From assembly GCA_963713605.1 (NCBI GenBank), contig CAVQMO010000007.1, positions 1-14,327 on the forward strand: 14,327 bases of DNA, written 5' to 3'. The notes under the pieces were generated by a model. It searched no databases, was not told where the DNA came from, and saw nothing but the letters and a program-made list of their open reading frames with translations. The position numbers and the translations under genes were made by a program. Positions 8,700-14,327 of the stretch are shown one piece after another; position 1 is the stretch's first letter, and the number at the start of each line of letters is the position of its first letter. The DNA comes from an uncultured Nitrososphaerales archaeon. GTDB taxonomy: Archaea > Thermoproteota > Nitrososphaeria > Nitrososphaerales > Nitrososphaeraceae.

Positions 8700-9181
8700 T
8701 GGGACATAATTAACAAATGTGGTACTGCCACCAATACCCTGATGCATCTGGGCAGAAATGAATCCGGGTTGCTGCTTACATTATTATCCTCTTTTGTTTT
8801 CTGCTACGCCTTCCTTCGATTTGGTATAATCTTGGACTAAATTATTTTATCTCTGACTCTAATCATTTGCTTATAGGCTGATATAGGTATTTGGTATTCA
8901 ATAATATTAGGTAGGTATCACAATTACTTGAAGAAGAAGAATAAGGACGAGGAAAATGATAATCCATCAGAATTAATTTTTGAAACGATAACAGAAGACA
9001 TAGGTACTGTTTCAAGATTCTCTGATAATATAATATTGGGTAGCAGCAAAGGAGATGAATATGCAAAGTATGACCCCCAGAAGAAAGAATGAAGACAAAC
9101 AGAGTTTTGATATTCAAAGAAGAATTGGAAGAATATCATAATTTTATCAAATCAAAGTTATCAAATTCTGAACAAAGTTGA
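8700..9181 (+). pseudogene. Degraded hypothetical membrane protein remnant
   Basis: One frame reads ...GLLLTLLSSFVFCYAFLRFGIILD*IILSLTLIICL*ADIGIWYSIILGRYHNYLKKKNKDEENDNPSELIFETITED...; after a shift it reads KTNRVLIFKEELEEYHNFIKSKLSNSEQS*. The pattern is protein-like, but I recognise no family. Confidence 0.35.
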
Positions 9182-9224
9182 TATTTCTTAGTATCGTATC
9201 GATGCATCCAGAGAATAAATAAAT

Positions 9225-9352
9225 GGATGTGTGGATTGTGATGGCGATTAGTCATCCGACGATCAAGGAAATCCATATTACACAGCTTCATTGATGGATG
9301 TATGTCCGTAGAGGGCAATACTCTGGATGTTTGCGAGTCGGCAACAGACTAA
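9225..9352 (+). pseudogene. C-terminal remnant of a paralog of the small Cys-rich protein at 9950-10213
   Basis: 9287-9352 translates FIDGCMSVEGNTLDVCESATD*, versus YIEGCMS-EGNTRDMCESATDAN* in the intact copy. Upstream 'DDQGNPYY' is in another frame and is preceded by a stop. Confidence 0.8.
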
Positions 9353-9949
9353 TTATGTGGGAGCAGATGCTATCTCTAACAGGTAATGTTAATAGCTTTG
9401 TATGATAATTGCTTGATTATAGATACAATTAATGATCCAATTTCATCTGTAATTGTAAATAGTTTGACATGAGCCTTTAATTTCGCAAGAAGTATGCAAC
9501 GTTTATTGCGATACCTCCTTTATATATCTGTAGCGGAGATTCCTCGAAGACCGGCACCGCCATCTAGGTCTTAACCCGTGTATTTAGTTTGTCATTAATG
9601 GAAGAAAACTGGCCTGATTACATTATGGGGGCAAGAAGAGGTATTACTAAAAATAAGGCTTTTCATGCGGAGACGACAAGGTCGTTGAGTGGAAGATTGT
9701 ATAAATTAAGAGAAATCTGGAGGGGAGGGATTTAGAAAATATGCAGAGGAGGAAAAAAGGGACTTCACATTTATCGAAGAGAAACTTTGAATGCTCATTC
9801 AGCATTGGTCATCGAATATAGGTAATATTGTCAACCAATCTAAAGGAGTGGCTCCAAAAATAGCTGTACATTAGCTGATTATCCTTCGCTATTCGGGTAT
9901 TTACTTTGACGCAACACCAATTTAACGCTACTGACTGACCACTAATCAA

Positions 9950-10213
9950 TCAATTAGCATCTGTCGCAGACTCACACATATCCCTAGTGTTTCCCTCTGA
10001 CATACATCCTTCAATGTAGGCATCGTAGTATGTGTCTCCACACATCTCATTTAATTCCTGGCTGAAGGGATTATTTTTTCCATCATAAAGTCCATCATTT
10101 TCACAGCTAGCGGTATCAGTACCGTGTGATGCAAATGCATCTGAATAACCATAGACTGACGTTACTATGGTTAGTACTATGGCAACCATTGTCAAAATTC
10201 TTATTTTTTGCAT
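9950..10213 (-). CDS. Small secreted acidic four-cysteine hypothetical protein (87 aa)
   Basis: Intact ORF with a signal-peptide-like N-terminus (MQKIRILTMVAIVLTIVTSVYG...AFA) and an acidic mature part with 4 Cys. Coding status is supported by the paralogous remnant nearby. Confidence 0.85.
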   Translation of the reverse strand: MQKIRILTMVAIVLTIVTSVYGYSDAFASHGTDTASCENDGLYDGKNNPFSQELNEMCGDTYYDAYIEGCMSEGNTRDMCESATDAN

Positions 10214-10841
10214 ACCTATTCTACATAGATATGTAACTATCTTCTATATAGGCAGTTCTGGTATTAACTACACTAGTTTTTAGGTACGTCAGGTCATATA
10301 TGAAGGAAGGAAGGATAAATAATAACGGTGAACCTCTCGCTGGGATGTTTGTCAAACAATCATAAGTCATGTAAGTGGAGTGATAATATTACATGCGAAT
10401 GTCGTTGTCATCCTGTAAATCGACGATAGATAATGTCTTTGCAATATTGGGTCAGTAACTAAGCACTTCAAATATTAAGTTCAGTCACTAGGGAGAATAT
10501 GACTGATGCTGGCGGCCTGATGAAATAGTTAGTAGAGCATTATTCAATGAAAGGTTAATAAGCATCTATTTTTGACATTATATATCCCAAATTAGTAACT
10601 ATTTATATTTTTACGCCAAAGGATATTGTACAGTCGATCAGAAATGGCATAAATTTCTTAGAAAATGTATCATGTATCCCATAATTTTTTTGAGTTAGCA
10701 AATACCTCTTATTCTCTACTACAGGTAGTGGTTATTCTAGTCTAATGGGATTCATCGAACTACCCATAAGTCGTATTGCGTATGTTAGATTCATTAATAC
10801 GTTTTAGCTTAACACACAGAGATTTTTCCGCTACGCTGTGT

Positions 10842-12250
10842 TCAATGTTTATGATTATTTCGTCTAGACTTCAGCTTCATTTTGATCCCGTTCTGAGGAT
10901 TAAGCGTTATGCCTGGCTGAAGCTTAATGCGTTGATTGGGCGCAAGCCGCATGCTCCAATAACTTGATATTGTAGCTATTAAGAGAATTCCCTCCTGCCA
11001 TGCAAAGGGCTCTCCAACACATCCTCTAATTCCTCCTCCGAACGGAAAATAGCTGAACCTAGGTAGACGCATCTTAAACTCTTCCGTCCATCTATCAGGA
11101 TCGAATGTTTCTGGATTATCATAGGTACTTTGCGCTGTGGTGCATCACATACTGACTGAACATAAGCGATGAACCCTTTGGAATCGTATATCCTCCCAAT
11201 GGATAGTCGTTTACTGCGAATCTGCCCATTGTCCATACAGGAGGATACAATCGCATTGATTCTCTAATCACTTTTTCAACATATTTCAGTTTAGGCAAAT
11301 CGGCAATTGATGGTTGCTCATACTCTTCGCCATTTCCTCCTAGGACTTGATCAATTTCTTCGAAAACCCTCCGCTCGATCTGTGGATTCTGTGAAAGGAG
11401 GTAGTACGTCCAAGTTAACGCATTTGATGTTGTTTCATGCCCAGCGATCAGTATCGTTATAATTTCGTCACGTAACTGTGTGTCTGTCATAGCACTACCA
11501 TCATCGCCTTGAACAATTATGAGCTTAGAGAGCAAATCCTCTCCTGAAGAGGATTTATCCTTTGCTCCACTCTCTATCTCTTTTCTCCTTTCAGATATTA
11601 ATCCATAAACTATGGCGTTGAGCGTTTTACCCGCGCTCCTAGACTGTGCGACCTTAGGAAGAATGGGAACACGGTCCAAGATTTGACCGAGAGGATGCTG
11701 CAATCTGCTAGAATATTTTTTTGTAATCTCGAATGCATTCCCAAAGTCTTTTGCCTGTTTAGATTCCATTTCATAATCCATAACCGATTTACAAATTATT
11801 GATAAGGTGACTTTCATGAGTTCGGAATGAATGTTTACTACTGAGCCATTTTTCCACCCCTGAATCATACGAAGCGCCCGATCAGTCATTATGACACCAT
11901 ACGAAGATATTTTTTTTGGAAGGAACAATGGCTGGATCAGCTTTCTTTGGCTTTTGTGGAATTCCCCTTCACTAGTAACTAAGCCTTCACCTAGTAACCG
12001 TTTCGCAGATTGAAGACGTGGACCTTTACTGAAATTACTATGATCGTAGATCAAAATTTTTTCAATATAATCTGGATTATTGATTAGGTATACATGCATG
12101 CGGCCCAATTTGAAATGCGATAGATCCCCATATTCTTCAGCTATTTTTGAAAGTGTGTTGATAGGATCTTTAATGAAACTGCTGTACAATCTTTCCAGGG
12201 ATATGTGATGAGGGTCCTGGAGGGAACTCTATGATTGATTTTTGCATCAT
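10842..12250 (-). pseudogene. Cytochrome P450, full length but with two +1 frameshifts (near 12175-12191 and near 11124; may be sequencing errors)
   Basis: N-terminal PPGP, I-helix AGHETT, K-helix ESMR (ExxR), FDPDRW, heme motif FGGGIRGCVG (FxxGxRxCxG). Removing two bases gives a 468-aa ORF from ATG 12250. A TTAAATA box lies at 12277-12271. Confidence 0.93.
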
Positions 12251-12648
12251 TTTTGAATAAATGCGACTTCTATTTAAGTATCTTCTACTGCTTATTTACT
12301 TGGTCGCCACTTAAGTATATCATTGAACTAAAAAGATTAGCATTAGAAGTGCAATTCAAAATCAAACAAAAAAATCTACTTATAGCCTAGATTCTGAATA
12401 TGTATCTTAAGTTTCGTTTGTGTGTTATGCTCCTTTTGATACCAATAATAATGCGTCGTTTCATTTCAGTCCTCTGTTCCTAAGGACTTGTTCTAGTAAA
12501 TAATGAATGATGTAACGTTTTACCTATAGGTTTTTATGATCTAGAATGGCAAAGTACCATAGATGTTGTACTTATTTACGCTCAGAAAAACGTTATCAAT
12601 TATAGGGTAAACTTCCAGTGGAATTATACTGCATTAACCACTGAAACG

Positions 12649-13233
12649 TTAACCTCGGGTATTGAAATGGAGGGAGTCTATCATTTGTTGAACCATTGGC
12701 ATTTCTTCTTTGAAGGTAAAGTCCGGCCGAAAGGTAAAGTTTGAAGCCCAGTATGTAAACCATAAGTTCCAACCATTAATGTACACAACAAGCTGTAACA
12801 TCTTGTCATCTATAGTGAGAATATCGGGATTAGATAATAATAATAATGCATATGTTTGGAGATCGCCTAGACTATAATAGCCAAAGCCCGATCCTTCAAT
12901 TGTAGCGCTCGGAATGCGCTTTGATACGTAGTCTGGATAGTCTTCGGCACTTATGATGAATTGTTCATAACTATTAGCCTTAGAGGGTGATAATCTTATG
13001 CTTATCGTATTACCATATTCTGTAGTAAACACAGACTCGACGCCATCAAAAGGTGTCACACGCGGCGTTTCTTCTACCTTCCAATTAGAGGGATATGCCA
13101 CGGTGTATGAATTTCCTCCACCTATGTGCCAAATCCATTGTGGTTGAGATTGGTTTGCTTGTTGTGCTGGTTGCAGAATTAACGGTTCTTCTGTGGTCGC
13201 GAATACTTCTAATAAATCCAGAGCGAGTAACAT
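12649..13233 (-). CDS. Secreted PsbP-like domain hypothetical protein
   Basis: 194-aa ORF with a short hydrophobic N-terminus ending in VFA, a Q/P linker, 'YTVAYPSNWKVEE' and a C-terminal 'MPMVQQMIDSLHF', both typical of archaeal PsbP-related proteins. The true start may be upstream or frameshifted. Confidence 0.7.
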   Translation of the reverse strand: MLLALDLLEVFATTEEPLILQPAQQANQSQPQWIWHIGGGNSYTVAYPSNWKVEETPRVTPFDGVESVFTTEYGNTISIRLSPSKANSYEQFIISAEDYPDYVSKRIPSATIEGSGFGYYSLGDLQTYALLLLSNPDILTIDDKMLQLVVYINGWNLWFTYWASNFTFRPDFTFKEEMPMVQQMIDSLHFNTRG

Positions 13234-13406
13234 AACATGGAGATGTCATGATACTCAATTCGGTATTCTTTACCCAATTACCTAACTCACGTATTAGAGA
13301 AGCTAGCACCCAAACTGCACTAAAATCTCTTCTAAGAAAAATGTGACATATTTAGGATTGAAAGGTCACTAACTCTACATAATCACATTATTCATATCAA
13401 ATCAAT

Positions 13407-13493
13407 ATGAAGGTCAAATACGTTTCGTTATTTGCGATAGTCTTAGTCTTTCTATCAGGTACAAAGCTCAAACGGGCTCAGATACCACAATAA
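13407..13493 (+). pseudogene. Signal-peptide-only mini ORF (probable truncated secreted protein)
   Basis: MKVKYVSLFAIVLVFLSGTKLKRAQIPQ*: basic N-region plus hydrophobic core, then an early stop. Confidence 0.3.
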
Positions 13494-13748
13494 TGACCAT
13501 TATTTCCTTTAGGATATTATTATACTACTTTTCGTTCTCATTTAATTCGCTAGATTAACTGATAATACGTGTTAATCACGAGTACTTACATTCAAACATT
13601 TCCATGTTATTACTATTTTGATAATCAATGCAATGACTCATAACTTATTCTTGACTAAGTTGCGGACAAATACTATCTTATTGGTAGTCAGTATTTTTAT
13701 GATCTTTGGACATTTGACATAAGTCACACCAATCGAATCCTTTCTTTA

Positions 13749-13977
13749 TTAGAATAACTGCTCTAATCCCCATCTTTCTCTTGTAGCTTGTTTCGCATAT
13801 TCAGATGAAAGTGGTACGCATACTCCCGTTGTAAAGTTAGCACTATTCATGATATCAAATCCTTCTGGACAATTGTTCCTTGCTAAAACTTCCACACTCA
13901 AATCAAGTCAAGTTTGACTAGCTGACAACTTACCCATTTAAAGTATTCGTGACAATACCAGAACTGTAAAGATTATC
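13749..13977 (-). pseudogene. Degraded small secreted protein with a CPEGF...CVP motif
   Basis: Single frame: IIFTVLVLSRIL*MGKLSASQT*LDLSVEVLARNNCPEGFDIMNSANFTTGVCVPLSSEYAKQATRERWGLEQLF*. Confidence 0.35.
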
Positions 13978-13993
13978 TAAAACTATCGAACAA

Positions 13994-14023
13994 GTCGTCG
14001 TGACTCGTAGCGAGTCTGACGGC
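13994..14023. other. GC-rich stem-loop
   Basis: GTCGTC-GT-GACTCG-TAG-CGAGTC-T-GACGGC: about 12-13 bp stem in an AT-rich background. Confidence 0.6.
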
Positions 14024-14327
14024 GTGATGCTGGTCTACAGGTCTTAGCCCTTCTCAGTTATCGTAATGATGATTATTCTTCCTCTGGTTGTGGTTTCTCG
14101 ATTGCATCCGGCTCTCCTCCCCCCTTCGTACGTGTTTCAATACGTATAAACTTACAATATAACTCCTAAAGGAAGTAAATTCTTGGAACTTGTATGCAGG
14201 ACTAGAAAAGGTATGATAATGCTGCTGACACCTAAATAATTACAACATATAGTCCGTAAATTATAACGCAATACTATAAGTAACTAATCTACAATACACT
14301 CGATTTTAATCATTGGATATCGTACCT

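Noticed and set aside
10517..10556. CTGATGA ... GAAA resembling a hammerhead ribozyme core
   Set aside because: The possible stem II is not directly followed by GAAA, and I found no convincing stems I/III or cleavage triplet.
627..12250. Programmed ribosomal frameshifting as the explanation for the split genes
   Set aside because: The shift sites share no slippery heptamer or stimulatory structure, go in both directions and hit unrelated families.
12344..12357. 10-nt matches TAGAAGTGCA (with 585-594) and AGTGCAATTC (with 3266-3275)
   Set aside because: Many 10-mer matches are expected by chance in 14 kb of AT-rich DNA, and no breakpoint can be shown at this site.
1492..13233. Integron-like cassette array next to the integrase
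   Set aside because: Genes lie in mixed orientation with their own promoters, no repeated attC-like RYYYAAC...GTTRRRY element is visible, and the integrase is not recognisably IntI.
164..13309. Short ORFs in the track (164-355, 715-957, 798-1103, 820-1101, 3933-4172, 5736-5981, 5743-5937, 7910-8116, 8863-9318 minus-strand set, 10776-10967, 10979-11236, 13085-13309)
   Set aside because: They are antisense or alternate-frame shadows of the recognised genes and remnants, with no family motifs.
1..14327. CRISPR array, tRNA or rRNA
   Set aside because: No regularly spaced repeats were seen (the only exact repeat has two copies with a 6-nt gap), and there is no cloverleaf or rRNA-like GC-rich segment.

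Overview
AT-rich (roughly mid-30s % GC by eye) accessory region, most likely from a soil ammonia-oxidising archaeon (Nitrososphaeraceae, Nitrosocosmicus-like). This assignment is inferred from recalled family signatures: the DPLHKWxGTYN integrase, the FLMQGTFT PPOX/F420 protein and the small 'GCMS.EGNT.D.CESATD' secreted proteins. The window holds the 3' end of an EamA transporter, a truncated tyrosine integrase and a run of redox/detox genes: two SDRs, a MOSC/YiiM protein, a quinone-oxidoreductase-like MDR, a PPOX-F420 protein, a cyclophilin-like protein and a cytochrome P450. It also has a PsbP-like secreted protein and a small Cys-rich secreted protein. Nearly every gene is interrupted, in two ways. 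(i) Single-base indels in otherwise full-length genes, which may be sequencing/assembly errors. (ii) In-frame stops and large truncations that weld unrelated half-genes together (nitroreductase|moaA-like, HxlR|alcohol dehydrogenase, PQQ dehydrogenase|membrane protein, PTGR-like|unknown). Two of the welds fall at the same position of the same 8-mer (AGAG|TGCA) in inverted orientation and bound a 3.56 kb block. I found no rRNA, tRNA, CRISPR array or intact mobile element. I cannot support an intact novel system; the best leads are the breakpoint motif, the recombinase-site-like palindromes and the archaeal P450.
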